From Takakia lepidozioides (lineage: Eukaryota; Plantae; Bryophyta), in NCBI GenBank assembly GCA_030704615.1, contig CM060734.1, positions 17,112,001 through 17,176,000 on the forward strand: a DNA stretch of 64,000 bases, written 5' to 3'. This document shows positions 26,038 to 39,100 of this stretch, piece after piece. The notes beneath the pieces were generated by a model, which was not told where the DNA came from, ran no database searches, and saw only the letters and a list, made by a program, of their open reading frames with translations. A program made the translations under genes and the position numbers. Positions within the stretch are counted from its first letter, which is position 1. Every line of letters begins with the position of its first letter.

Positions 26038-26049
26038 TGGTATCAGAGC
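26038..26049 (+). promoter_or_regulatory. Primer-binding site complementary to tRNA-iMet
   Basis: TGGTATCAGAGC 2 nt after LTR end. Confidence 0.95.
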
Positions 26050-26090
26050 TTAGAGTTCAGTACGCAATCGTCCTTCAGATCGGCCTCATC

Positions 26091-27170
26091 ATGGGGTCGG
26101 GCAAGCCAAAGCGAAAGCGGAACGGCCCGAAAGATGATGATCCTGGTGAGCCCGATGGGGGCGACGTGTCACCGAAGCGGCAATTTGAGGAGGCGATTCA
26201 TGCTTTTGAAAGTGAGGCCGCCCAAGAACAGGAGGAATCTGGGGAGTTGGAGCCCGAGGACCTCCCGGAGGCTCCGCCAGACCAACAGATGCCTCCCATG
26301 CCAGCAACCTTTTGGGAAGGATTGTTGGCGCAGTTTGGCGGGACGTTGAAAAACGTGTTGAAGGCGGCTAATGTCACTCCCACTAAGGCAAAGTTTAAGG
26401 TGAAGCCTAAGGAACCCGACCCCTTTGAGGGCGTCTGACATCGGAAGGCACTCAACACCTGGCTCTTGGAGCTGGAGCAGTACTTCCGGGCGGCCAAGTT
26501 GAGTGACGAGGATCGGGTGGAAGTGGCTCCCACCTATTTGAGGGGCTATGCTCAACAATGGTGGCAGAAACGCCTTCACGACCAAGGTCCAAACCCGGAA
26601 ACCTTGAGCTGGAGTGGGTTCAAGGAACTTATGAAGAGACAGTTTGTGCCCATCAACGCGTCCTGGCTCGCCCGGGACAAGATGAGGAATTTGAAGCAAA
26701 CGGATGACATTTGGGGATATGTTCAGGCTTTCAATGTGCTGTTGCTCGAAGTCATGGACATGGTTGAACCAGAAATGGTCTTCAACTTTGTGGCGGGACT
26801 GGGGCCAGGCGGAAGTTGGAGGAGAAGCCACCTAAGACTTTGAACGAGGCAATTGAGAAGGCTGAATGTTTCTAGGATGTCCCTAGGGGCGAAAGACAAG
26901 GCCGTACGGAGCTGAACCACAAGAAGACCCGGCGAGAGGGTGACTCCTTCCGACCGGAAAAGAAGTGGGATAGGCCACGCGGCGACAATGGCACGTGGAA
27001 ATCGAAGGGAGGGCCTTCACACGTCAAGGCGGCACCCGGTGCTCCGAAATGAAAGTCAGGTGCGGCGGCTTATGGCGGACAGAAGGCGACCTTCGATGGA
27101 GTGTGCTTTAATTGCGAGGAGCCCGGGCACATGGCCAAGAAGTGCACGAAACCCCGACAATTGAACATGA
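26091..27170 (+). pseudogene. gag: gag (retrotransposon capsid + CCHC zinc knuckle), disrupted
   Basis: [43 protein letters not shown]; stops and frameshift. Confidence 0.9.
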
Positions 27171-30100
27171 CTCGGGCGGCCACGGAGCTGTCCGAAGATT
27201 CCATTAGCCGCTTGGTGGAGGCGGTGGTCGCCAAGACTTGCAAGGTAGGCAACTACTCTTGTGAGTTGTATCAAGAAACTGACGCCTTATGTAAAGGGAA
27301 TCAGTTAATGTTTGTGAATGGGATAATCTCCGGAACTAACGTGTCGTTGTTGGTGGACACAAGAGCGTCACACTACTTCATAACACCGGCAACGGCACGG
27401 AAGCTGGGGCTCCCGACAAGTGATGTGGGGGCCTCCATTGAAGTGCGTTCTGCCAAAGGAGAACCACAATTGGCGACGAGGTTGGCATTCGATGTTCCTC
27501 TTCAGCTCGGGAGTTGGGAGGGACGTGAGAACTTCACCATTTGCGAGATCGATGGAGTGGATCTCATTTTGGGGATGACATTTTTGAGCAAATCCGAAGC
27601 GGTCATAGATGGCCGCAAGAGAATAGTCACGCTACCGTGTGGGAATGGTGGCGAAGTTTTAAGAGTGTCGGAAACGCCCAACCCAGTGGGAGGGCGAATA
27701 AACCTGCTGTCAGCACAGGAGTGGGCCATGGAGGGGCCATACGAGCCCCATTTTTTGCTTTACGTAAGACAAGTGAAGGGGGAAGGCGATAGGGAGCCGA
27801 GCCCAGATTGGATCAAGGGGATTTTGGAGAAACACCAAGATGTGATGCCGGAGGATTTACCAAGTGGCTTGCCACCGCGAAGAGGAGTTGACCACAAGAT
27901 TGAGGTGATACCGGGATCGGAGCCGCCTGCCAAGGCGCCCTACCAGTTGAGCCACAGAGAATTGGTCGAGCTGAAGGCTCAGCTCAAGGATCTAATGTCA
28001 AAGGGGTACATCCGGCCGAGTAAGTCACCCTACGGAGCCCCGGTGCTATTCGCAGACAAGAAAGATGGGATGCTGTGGATGTGTGTCGATTACAGGACTC
28101 TAAATAAGGTGACTATCAAGAACCGGTACCCTTTGCCAAGGATCGACGACCTCTTTGATCGGTTGGCAGGAGCGAAGTATTTCAGCCGGATCGATTTGCG
28201 CTCCGAATATCATCAGATCCGAGTGGCGGAAGGAGATGAGGAGAAGACCGCGTGCAAGACAAGATATGGTTCGTATGAGTTCTTGGTGATGCTTTTTGGG
28301 CTCACCAACGCCCCCGCGATCTTTAGCACGCTAATGAACAGTCTTTTCCAGGAGTGGTTAGATGATTTTGTGATCGTATACATCGACGACATCCTGGTGT
28401 ACTCGAAAACAAAGGAAGAGCACCTGGAGCACCTCAAAAAGGTGTTCCAGAAATTGCGGGAAGGGAAGCCGTATGCCAAAGCTTCAAAGTGCGAATCGGG
28501 GTCACAAAAATAGAGTTCCTGGGGCATGTGATTACACAGGATGGGATCAAAATGGATGACAGAAAGGTGAGGGCGATCTTGGACTGGGAGCCTCCGACTT
28601 CGGTCCAGGGAGTGCGATCCTTCCTAGGACTCGCCTCCTATTACCGGAAGTATGTGAGAAATTTTGCCAAGATCGCGGGGCCGCTGTCAAATCTTCTGTG
28701 TAAATCCAAAGTCTGGGTATGGAACACCTTTTGTGGCCAAGCTTTTGCCGAGTTGAAGCAGCGGATGGCGGAAGCTCCAGTCCTCAAAATCTCGGAGTTC
28801 GACCGTCCATTTGAGATTCATACGGATGCGTCGGACTTCACAATAGGGGGTGTGCTCATGCAAGATGGACGTCCAGTGGCTTACAAAAGTAAGAAACTGA
28901 ACGAAGTGGAGCGAAGGTGGCCTACGCACGAGAAAGAAATGAAGGCGGTGGTGCATTGCCTTGAGCTTTGGCGCCACTATGTTGGTTCCAACCCGATAAA
29001 GATGTTCACGGACAATGTCTCGGTGAAGTATTTTGCCACGCAGCCTAAGTTGTCCCCAAAAACAACTTAGGTGGCAAGACACTTTGGCGGTGTTCGACGT
29101 GGATATCCAGTACAAACCGGGACGAGACAATGTGGTGGCCTATGCTTTAAGTAGAAAGCAGCGGCTCATGTTGGTGTACAGGGGCGAGACGACGCTCTAA
29201 AGGAAGGCTTACCAGAAGGATGAGATGACGAAGTCCGTGATGTGGGACTTGAGGATGGGGGTTAAATCACAGTTCCACTTGCACAATGGACTGCTTCGGT
29301 ACAAGCAAAAGCGCCTCTACGTGCCGAAGGGATGGATCAGAGATAGTCTCCTGAGAGAATGCCACGATGGCCCGCTTACGGGCCACGGCGGAGCCAAGCG
29401 CACCGCGACACTCTTGAAGAAAGAGTATTTCTGGCCCAAGCTGAGGGAGGAGGCCAAGGAGTATGTCAAGACATGCACCACATGCCAACAAAACCGGAGT
29501 GAGTACAAAAATCAAGCGGGGCTGTTACAACCCTTGCCGATTCCAGAGGGGGTCTGGGAAAATGTCTCGATGGATTTCATGACCGTTATGCCGCTGTCAG
29601 AAGGATTCGATGCAATCATGGTGGTGGTGGATAGGTTCAATAAAATGGGCCATTTCATCCCCACCAAGGAGACGGCAACATTGCAGGAGACAGGGCGACT
29701 TTACTTCGCCCACGTCTTCAAGCATCATGGACTCCCGAAGGATATTGTCTCGGACCGCGATCCAAAGTTTACAAGTAAATTTTGGAAGGCACTTTGGAAG
29801 AAAATGGGGACGAGGCTCAAGATGAGCACCGCCTTCCGACCTACGACGGACGGCCAAACGAAAATGGTGAATTCCGTGGTGAAGCAGATCTTGCGGAATT
29901 ACGTGTCGGCAGACCAATCGGACTGGGTGGAGCACTTGGATATGGTAGAGTTCTGTTATAATAACACAAAACACTCCGCAACGGGAGTTTCCCCTTTCGT
30001 ATTGGCCTATGGAAAAGCACCTTTGGTGCCGACAAGTTGGGCCGCCCAAGATGTTGAGGAACCGGCAACAGCAACGGTGCTGGAAGAACGCGACTTTTGT

Positions 30101-30635
30101 TGAAGCTCGCAAAGTACAACATTGCCAAAGCTAGGAAACGGTATGAACGGCAGACAAATCGCGAGCGGAGGGAAGTTAAGTTTGAGGCTGGCACGGAGGT
30201 CTGGTTGAACATCAAGAATTTCCGACTACCTCCGGAAGTGAGTCCGAAGTTCGTACCTCCGTATGCGGGACCCTTTCGCATCCGGAAGGTTATAAATGAG
30301 GATGTGTATGAATTGGAGCTACCGACAAACAGCAAGGTGCATCCGCTATTCCACGTCTTTTTTTTAAGCCTTACTTCAAAGATGAAGCGCGTCCGAATTG
30401 ACATCAAGTGTTGTGTCCGCCACCTGTGCTGTTGGATCATGAAAATGAACCGGAGTACAAGGTGGAGGCATTGCTTAAGTTGAGGAGGTTCAAGAATCGG
30501 GAAACGGAGTATCTCATGAAATGGAAGGGCTATCATCATGTGGAGGCATCTTGGGTGCGTGCCTCAGAAATGGGAAACGCATCCGAGGCAGTTGCAGCTT
30601 TTGAAGGGCGACCTCAAAAGCAGAAGAAGCGTTGA
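27101..30635 (+). pseudogene. pol: pol: aspartic protease, RT, RNase H, integrase, C-terminal chromodomain; several frameshifts/stops
   Basis: [27 protein letters not shown] finger, SMDF/IVSDRD, GPF motif, EYKVEALL..EYLMKWKGY..W chromodomain. Confidence 0.95.
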
Positions 30636-31530
30636 TGGGGACATCAACCTTGGATCGTGGGGGAGGAAATGCATGCTTAGCCCGGCTTAGCTAGCTCAGG
30701 AATCCGAAATTGTAAAAACTTGTGTTGTACAAATTTTGTTATAAATGAAATGGTTTCCAAATGTTGTGCGTCCTATTTTGTTTGGAATGGTGATGCATGG
30801 TATGGTTGGTTAGTGTGTAGAATGCATGCTAGCTTACAAAAGTGGGAGAGGTAAATTGGATTAATCGTGTGTTTGCGTAGTGCCGAAATCGGGTGACTCC
30901 CATCCAAGGGGCAAGGAAACTTGCGCCTTCTTTAGGAGTTCACGTGCTAGTGCGCACATGGCGCGTGCGCGTACTATAACTGCGCTACCAAGGGGGTTGC
31001 CTTGTAGTGCGGGCTAACGCGAAAGCTATGTGCTTCCGTTCATGTACTATAATCGTGTAGCCTCGGGACGAAGTCGTAGTGCGGCTTCGGCGTGTTTCCG
31101 TACCTCAAGCCAGCATTCCAAGGCGGACCCAATTGTAGTGATTGGGGCGCACGGTTGGTTCCAGATTATCTTCCTAGTCAAAAAGGGGTTCAAGGTGAAC
31201 CCTTGCTCAAGGTGATGCCAAAAGCGGCATCATGAGCGGTCGCAATCAATGTTGTTGCAGTAAGGCAATTCGATCCTCGGGGAGGATCGTTTCTTGACCT
31301 TGAAGTAGGCCAAGAAGAGTGCACTGGGTGGAGCTTGAGAGGCTCCACCCTTGGCCGGGACTTGGAGGAAGTCGGCCGAACTAGCTAGTGGAGAGTAGAG
31401 TCAAGTGGGGGTTTGGTTCTTTGCCATGGGACGCCATGGTACGGAAACAAACTCCTTGATGTGGGACGCCACAACTTGGATGTTCGTTTCTACAAAATGG
31501 ACAAGTCGATGATGACATCGACTCCATGTT

Positions 31531-31542
31531 GGTAGGGGTGTG
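31531..31542 (+). promoter_or_regulatory. Polypurine-tract-like sequence
   Basis: GGTAGGGGTGTG directly before 3' LTR; same sequence in the copy at 62610-62621 (minus). Confidence 0.7.
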
Positions 31543-32254
31543 TGTCGCGGCCCTTTGCCTTGAGGGCAGGGGGTCGGGACACAAGAGGGGCTGCCCTTGT
31601 GGTGGGAGCAGTGGCAACAATAGATGCGGGGGTTGAAGCACCCTTGAGTGCCCAAGGCACTCAAGGAAGCGGAGGCGCTCACTAGGTGGAGCCCAACACA
31701 CCGGGTTGCGGTGGGGGTGGTTCCACGAGGGGTGGTGGTAGCTTAGTGGGACTTAGTGGGGGTGGCATAGGACTCACCATGGGGCGGAGACCTTGTGGTG
31801 GGAGTCGTGGGGAGTCTTGGGACTCATCACGGTCCAATGGGGCCGTGGTGGGTGGGCCAAGACTCACCGGGAGTCGAGGGTTTTCGTGGTGGTTCGCCAT
31901 AAAAGGATGGTGTTGTTTGTGAAACCCCCGCGGACAGTCACAGAAGTATATATAGGAAGTAGTAACCCCGAGAACGGTGCAAGCCCGTTGGTGACCGAAA
32001 ACTAGTGAGTAAGTGTGCGAGCCGGATAGCGACCAAGGTGTGGGGAGCTGTTCCGGACTGCCATCGACCAAAGGGAATTTCCACTTGGCTCAAATTGAGA
32101 GAGGGTCTCGTGGAGGGGAAAAGGGGGACCGTTATGTCCCGGTGAGCAGCAGAAGCTCCGAGTTGGCCCGGCGGCCAGTTTGGGAGTTAGGCGCGCGCAT
32201 CAAAGCGAGTAACTATGACTTGAAGCGAAGCTTACCGAAGTGAGGTGCGCGACA
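31543..32254 (+). repeat. 3' LTR (712 bp)
   Basis: Matches 5' LTR with one ~15-bp indel; followed by TSD CACAG. Confidence 0.95.
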
Positions 32255-33587
32255 CACAGATTACCTTGAACTGGGTAGTATGCATTTCAGTGTATGTGAG
32301 TAGGTTCTCAGCAATGACAGTGTCTGCCAAGTGTATCATATTAACACTATAACTTGGCCAGCAGTGACCAGTAATAAGCTCGTCATGTAGCAGAAAGTAT
32401 AGAGCTATATTTTCTAAGCCGTTGTCTGCCAAGGGCACAATGCGCTTGGGTGAATTAATACATGTAGAATGTGTATGACCAACAGTAGAGAGCATGAGCT
32501 AAGATATTGAGGTCAGAGTAGAAGTATCTAGGTGATGGGGGTCGGAAAGAGAAAATTGTTATTGGGAATTGGCAGTATCACGGTAGTACCAATTCAATCT
32601 GCAGTTTACGTGAGAGGTGGGACGAACGAGAGTGAATGATTTGTACAAGTAGGGAGTAGCAAAATAACTCTGATATGTCACAGACCATGAATGGCACGGG
32701 TTGAGAAAATAGCACCTTTGAGAGTGGGTGTGGAGCTCTTGCACATGTGCTGATTGAGCAGGTTGGGGTCTGTTCTCATACATGCATGATGTATTGTTAA
32801 AGGTCTTCCAGGGTTGCGCCGTTTGTCAGTTTGCCGAGTTGCCCCCCCCCGGCCAGTAATTTGATATCTTGCATTGTCTCTCGTATGGCGCTCATTTGTG
32901 TATCTAAAGGCTCTGCATTCCTTGCTGAGAGGGAGGTTAATCAGCATGAGTTCCAAACATCTCAGAGCAGGTCGTACCTTGTTTTGAAAGATAAGACGAT
33001 CAATCTTGTCGCCCGTTCGCCGTCTAAGAAGATCATACCAGATGTTGGGTTGAGACTTTTGCAGTAACTCTGAGAGATCGCAAGAGCGTGGAGAAAGACG
33101 GCCTGCAATGCCTGCTCCGAGGGATAAGGTGATCTTTGTGGGCATTGGTGCGGTACAAACAACAGATCCTGATGAGTGTAGCACGCCATTTTCTTCTACG
33201 GGGAGTATTGTAGTCGCATCTAGTGTTGGAGACATCAAGCACTACACTCGTTCTCGGCTGATGTAGAGACATATCAAGGAGACCGTGTTTGTTGACCAAG
33301 AGTGGAGACAAAACCTTGAGGGGCCCAGTACGCTTTTATCTACGGGGGGTGTTGTGAATGAGTTTGTTGGAGATATCCAGCGCCGCAGCGCTTGTTCTAG
33401 ACTAATGGAGAAGCAAACTGTAGAGATCCGGTTCAATGACCGAGCCGGGGGGCATAACTAAAGTAAAAAGCCGCAAGAACCTATTGGGAAGAAGCGCGGG
33501 ACAGAAGTGAGGTAGCTGAAGTTGGGAGAGAGTGCATATTGAAAGCCTTAGCTAGAGAGGAGGGTAAATATGTAAGAAAGTAAGACA

Positions 33588-34130
33588 AACTGGCCGCCGG
33601 GCCAATTCGGAGCTTCGGCTGCTCACCGGGACATAACGGTCTCCTCCATGGGACCCTCGACGAGTTGGGCCCAGTGGAAATTCCCTTTGGTTGTAGGCAG
33701 TCCGAAATAGCTCCCCACACTGTGGTAGCTTTCCGGCTCGCTTGCTTGCTCACTAGCTTTTGGTCGCTCAACGGGCTTGCACCGTTCTCGGAGGTACTAT
33801 TCCCTATATATACTTCTGTAGGTGTTGACGGGGGTCTCACAAACAGCCAAGTCATTTTCTAGTGAACCACCACCTTGACCCTCGATTCCCTGTGATGAGG
33901 CGCGGTGAGTCTTGGCCCACCCACCACGGCCCCAATGGACCGTGGTGAGCCCCAAGACTCCCCACGACTGCCACGTCCACAAGGCTTCAACCCCACGATG
34001 AGTCCTATGCCACCCCACTACGACTTCCTATGCTACGACCCCCCCCCCCCCCCCGTGGAGCCCCCACTACAACCCGGCTTGCGGGGCTCCCCCAGTGAGC
34101 GCCTCCGCCTCCTTGAGTGCCTTCGGTGCC
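33588..34130 (-). mobile_element. Truncated, more diverged LTR of the same chromovirus family
   Basis: Shares GAGCTTCGGCTGCTCACCGGGACATAACGGTC and AACGGGCTTGCACCGTTCTCGG (reverse complement) with the LTRs; both termini missing. Confidence 0.85.
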
Positions 34131-35130
34131 ACATATTTATTTTATTTGTATGTTAAAAGTAGGTTTAAACTATTTGTACATCTCACTTGGATAAGTTGGC
34201 GAAGTGGTTAGGGATTGTGGGCTGGAAGCCTTTGGAGGTAGGTCTATGTTGGATGTCATTTTTACATCTTATGAATGTACACTTGAGCAGGTAGCCCTGT
34301 GGTTGGGTATTTGTGCCTTTCATGTGCATAACCTGGGTGATCCTGGGTTCAATCCTTCAACATGTGCCTTCAAACTGTCCATTGGCCCCTCCATGGGCTG
34401 TGTATTGAGCAGTAGGCTCTGTAAATTCACTGGACGTTGAAAAAACTTTATCTTTTATCTTAAAACTCCCACCACTTGAATGTTTTCCAGTTTTTCTCTC
34501 CGTTCTTTTTACTTCCCTTCCCTCAAAGCTTTGAGCTCCTCCTCAATTCTTTGCCAAGCATAGATATATCTTAGCAATAAATCACGTGAGCACGAAAATA
34601 AGCACAGTACTTTTGAGTAAGGACAAAGCCATCTTGCTGAGAGCTATACCTTGATCAGGCCTCTGTCCCAGTTTGTCGATTTTCGAAGAGATAGCCATGA
34701 AATGGGGCAAGCATTTGAAGACCTATTACTTCATCCGATGAAACTACCTACCTATCTGCGACATTTACATTGCATGGATGAATAACGCAGCCAGTAATAA
34801 GAGCACATATAAGCGAGACTCGATAAAACAAAACGTAACTTGATTCAGTGGAGAAGCCCTGACCGAGCTGCGGAGTACTTCGTCTTATAAACAATCCTAT
34901 TTCTAGAGACAGAGGCACTATATCCGGAGCATGCTAAAACCGTCGAAGAGAAACGAGGACCCTGAGCAGCTGCTGTCTCTGCGGGCCTCCAGCAAGTGAG
35001 GCTCTCATTTTCAGGATTCAGCAAAGAAACGGCTCCAATCGCTAGCTCCCGAGTCACACACATCACCACTTACAAGCATTTCCCAAAATTCTAGGCTTTC
35101 GAGAAAGATCATCTCTCTCTCATCTCACTC

Positions 35131-35688
35131 GCTCATTCCTTGTCGAAGCTGGCACCCTCTCGAAAACACCACCTTTATGGCTTTTTGTGTCCTGTCTGGG
35201 CGGCAGCCCGCTTGATACTCAAAATATGCTAAGTAATTGATACAATACAGACTGTATATACATGAAGGTAGCCCGAGACCCTAGGCCCGAGCCTAAGCTA
35301 TAGAATCTCTCCTAAGCTAATAAGATTCTTCACACACCCTAGGTCCGAAACTTATGCCATAGAATATTTTAAGAATCTATCCCGAGATATTGGAATCTTC
35401 CCGGGCCTAGGGTCAGGTAACGAGCATTCCTCGTCGAAGCTGGCACCCTCGAGAAAATCCCACCCTTCTGGCTTTTTGTGTCCTGCCTGGAAATATGCTA
35501 AGTAATTGATACAATACAGACTGTATATACATGAAGGTAGCCCAAGACCCTAGGCCCGGGCCTAGGCTATAGAATCTCTTAAGAATCTCTCCTAAGCTAA
35601 TAAGATTCTTCATACACCCTAGGCCCGAAACTTATGCTACGGAATATTCCAAAATCTTCCCGGGGCCTGGGGTTAGGTAACGAGCATG
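35131..35688. repeat. ~290-bp tandem duplication upstream of RBM25
   Basis: GTCGAAGCTGGCACCCTC...AAATATGCTAAGTAATTGATACAATACAGACTG...AGGTAACGAGCAT occurs twice. Confidence 0.85.
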
Positions 35689-36192
35689 GCCTTTTTCGTA
35701 TTCTGTAGCGCAATTGTGGCGCGGAGAGTGGGGCAGCAGGGCAGTCCACAGGAGGCTTGTGCGCCAGCGTGGCGTAGAGGACGTGGTGCAGCGGGCAGGT
35801 GGGAGGCTGGGCAGCCACGGCACTATCCCCTCAGTGTCTGGGACAGTGTGCCGAGGCAGGGAACCCTAATCTTGCTCGCCTTCGTCGGTCGCGTCCTTCC
35901 ACGATCCATGGCGCCATTGCTGGGGTTTGCGAGGAAATGTGCGTCGGATGATGGCGTGGATCTCACGGGTCTGTTGGAGAATCATGGCTAGGCCAGGCCA
36001 GGCCTTGAGAGCGTGTGCGACAGCGATCTGTGAGGAACCTGGTCTGCCGTTCTGATTTTGGTTCTTTAGCGGATGAGTTGGAGTTGGAGGTTTGTTTCTC
36101 GCGTGTGTGCACGCGCGCTGATTGAGCTGAAGAGATTTTTCCTCCTCGCTGGCGCTCTCTGGGGCTGCCGGTGTGTTTGTCAATTCGAAAGC

Positions 36193-39100
36193 ATGAATTC
36201 AGGTTATGGAAGTTCAATAGGGCAGGCAGGCGGGGCGGCAACGACGCAGCAGCAGCAGCATCATCAAGCCGTACTGCTGCGACCGGTGCCGCCGTATGGC
36301 ATGCCGCCGCAGCAGCAGCAGCGTCCGTATGCGCCACCGCCGGGATATATGCCATCGCAAGTGCCATCACCGGCAATGATACCTCCTGGAGGTGGGTTAA
36401 AGTGTGTTGCATAAGTTGAATAAACTTGGTTGAGGAGAGTGTGTTGTGAGGGTAGACAGACCAGATCACCGCACAAGCATAAGGATGTGCACATAGTAGG
36501 GGGTGAGAGAGGTGGGCATGCGTATGTGCAAGCGGGTGACGGGCTGTTTTCTCCTACGGCAGTGATGCATTCGAGTTGTCATGGTGAACATGGAAAGGGC
36601 GCCTCGGGTAAAGAGCCTGCATCGTCCTATGTGGTATGCTTAAATTCCCTCAAACAGTCGCAACAGCACTTGTCTGTTGTCCACCACTTTTTACTGCTCC
36701 TCTGTACTATATTCAGTGTCGTACATTTTCCCTCCACGGTCCAGTGATACCTCAGAGTGATTGGACCTATGGAACGAGTATATGGGAATACCTCTTCAAG
36801 CTTGGCGGAGACATCCTGCATTCACAGCGTCTACAAACGATGTCGAGCTTAGAGTGGGCACGTCTCTGAATAAACCAGGGGGCATTGCAAATTGGACACC
36901 GTGTCTACCATCACAAACGTCAATACTATCTCGCCTTGGGGTGAACATATGGGTCTATTCTCTCTTGGCTATGTTTTTTTCCCCCCTTAGGAAAGGATTA
37001 CCTGGGCAGGGCCTGCAATTTGAAGGTAAGGTTCTGAAAACAATGAATTGCTTTCAGTTGCTCCGCCGGGGCAGTGAAATTTTTCGGTCACCTACTTGTT
37101 TTACTTGTCACTCTCATTTGAAGCTACTGACCAGCCACCTGATGCAAGTAATTTTCCACCTGTTACACTTGTTGTCCAACTTTTGAGCCATCTTTGAGAA
37201 AGGGAGGGATTTTGCCACTTGCTGTTTTGTGTAAGAGGTTGTTATTACCAGACAATAATTCAAGTATCAGCCACGCCATGAAATGGAGGGTTGGTAGGAT
37301 TGATGAGTTCTTTGCTGACACATTGTTTGTCCAGTTCTTGGCTCTGCCCCTGCAGGAATGGCCCGGTACTCAGCACCATCTTTCACACCCATGGTGCGAC
37401 CCCCAACCTTCGCACCTCGACCCCCACTTGGGCCGCCCGCGGTGGCCATGGTGCTGCCAAGACCACCTGGACCTGGGCTGCGTCCTGTTCCTCCAGTGCT
37501 GAAACCCCCTCCAGGCATGATCCTGTCTGATATGGCAAGCAAGGGTATCGGACAGCTTGCTGCCCCTCCTGAGAAACCTCACACGACAGTGTATGTTGGG
37601 AAGATAGCTCCTGCTATTGAGGATGAGTTTTTAAGAGCTATTCTTGAGGTGAGTTCCATGTATTTCAGCTTGAATTTCTTCAGGATTTCTTGGTATTGAG
37701 TGCCTGCTGCTTGATCTTGGCCGTTTGATGGAGTTTCATGTTCTTATTTGTGCAGCTGTGCGGATCAATCAAGAGCTGGAAACGAGCCCAAGATCCCACA
37801 ACGGGATCACCAAAAGGGTTTGGATTTTGTGAGTTTGAGTCAGCTGAAGGGGTGCTGCGTGCTTTACGGCTTCTCAATAAGTATGCTCTTGAAGGACAAG
37901 AGCTTGTGGTATGGTGCCTCTATCTTCCCTTGATGAAGGGAAATTGTTGTTAAGCTTTGTCTGGGTCACTTTCATAAGCATTCTTGTCTGGGAGGCTAGA
38001 TTTGATATCTCCATATCAGAACTAAATTCAAGCTGGATGGGTTTTTGTGAGCCCAAAACCTTGGATGTACCAGACCACCCTCCAAATGTTTGGCTCTGAG
38101 AGTCGGGTAGTGTGACTCTCATTCAGAAATGGAAAATGGTGCAGCTGAATGTGAATCAAGCCACACGAGATTATCTGGAGCGCTATGTCACAAAGAAGAA
38201 AGAGCGTGAGAAGCAGGCCCAGGAGGAGGAGGCAGAGGAAACAGCTCCAGGTGTTGAAGCTGTGGTGGAGCCTGTGAAGTGTGTCTCTGTTATGGATGGA
38301 AAACTTGACAATGCCAGCCCAGAAGAGGATGCCAAATACTTTGGGCTTGTGAACGAGGCAGATAAGGAAGTTGATATCCAGGCTTTGCACAAACTCACCA
38401 CCATGCTGGCTGAAAGGTACGTTGAGATGCCTGACAAGGAAGCTTGAGCTCCCATTTTTGTGGGGAAGACAGTTTGGCAGTCATCAACACAGTATGTGGT
38501 GAGGATGTCTCTTACTGCAGCTTGGAACTTACTGCTTTTACTACTTGCAATGACAGGGTCAAGTTGAGGCCGCTTCCTCCACCACCTCCTTTACCGAACA
38601 CTTCAGATAGAGCAGTCAAAAGCACAACTATTCCCGAGGCGTCACCAAACTTGAAGGATGGTGAATCAAATGCCGATGGAGCAAAGAGTGGTGGTAAGGT
38701 CTTCACTTATCCTTATGTGATACTGCATGGATGCATTAGTGTTTTTGTTCTATATCAATCATGGTAGATCCAAATGCAGGGTACTTGTACTCGCCATGTT
38801 TCTAAGATGGATCACATGATGTATTCATCTCTGTAGATGACGCAAGTGGAAGGATGGATGATGATACGACAAGTGATCACAAGCAAGCAAGCGTGGAGCT
38901 GGAGGCCAGCTCTGTTGAGCGAGGCAGACGTGGTGATCGGGATCGGGACCGAGATCGTGAGCGGGAACTCGAACGGGAGAAAGAACGAGAATTGGAGCGC
39001 TATGAACGAGAGCGCGAAAGAGAGCGTGCACGTCGGGACCGGGAGCGAGAGAATAGATTGCGGGAGGCTGAACGTCTGTATGAGGAGCGAGAGAGAGAGT

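Larger units (their letters stand above)
25339..32254 (+). mobile_element. Full-length Ty3/gypsy chromovirus (Galadriel-like) LTR retrotransposon, inactivated
   Basis: Two LTRs with TG(T/C)CGC...GCGACA ends, 5-bp TSD CACAG (25334-25338 and 32255-32259), PBS, PPT, gag-PR-RT-RH-IN-chromodomain order. Confidence 0.97.

Noticed and set aside
32678-33238. 186-aa minus-strand ORF as a gene
   Set aside because: No recognisable domain or exon context; cannot be supported without a search
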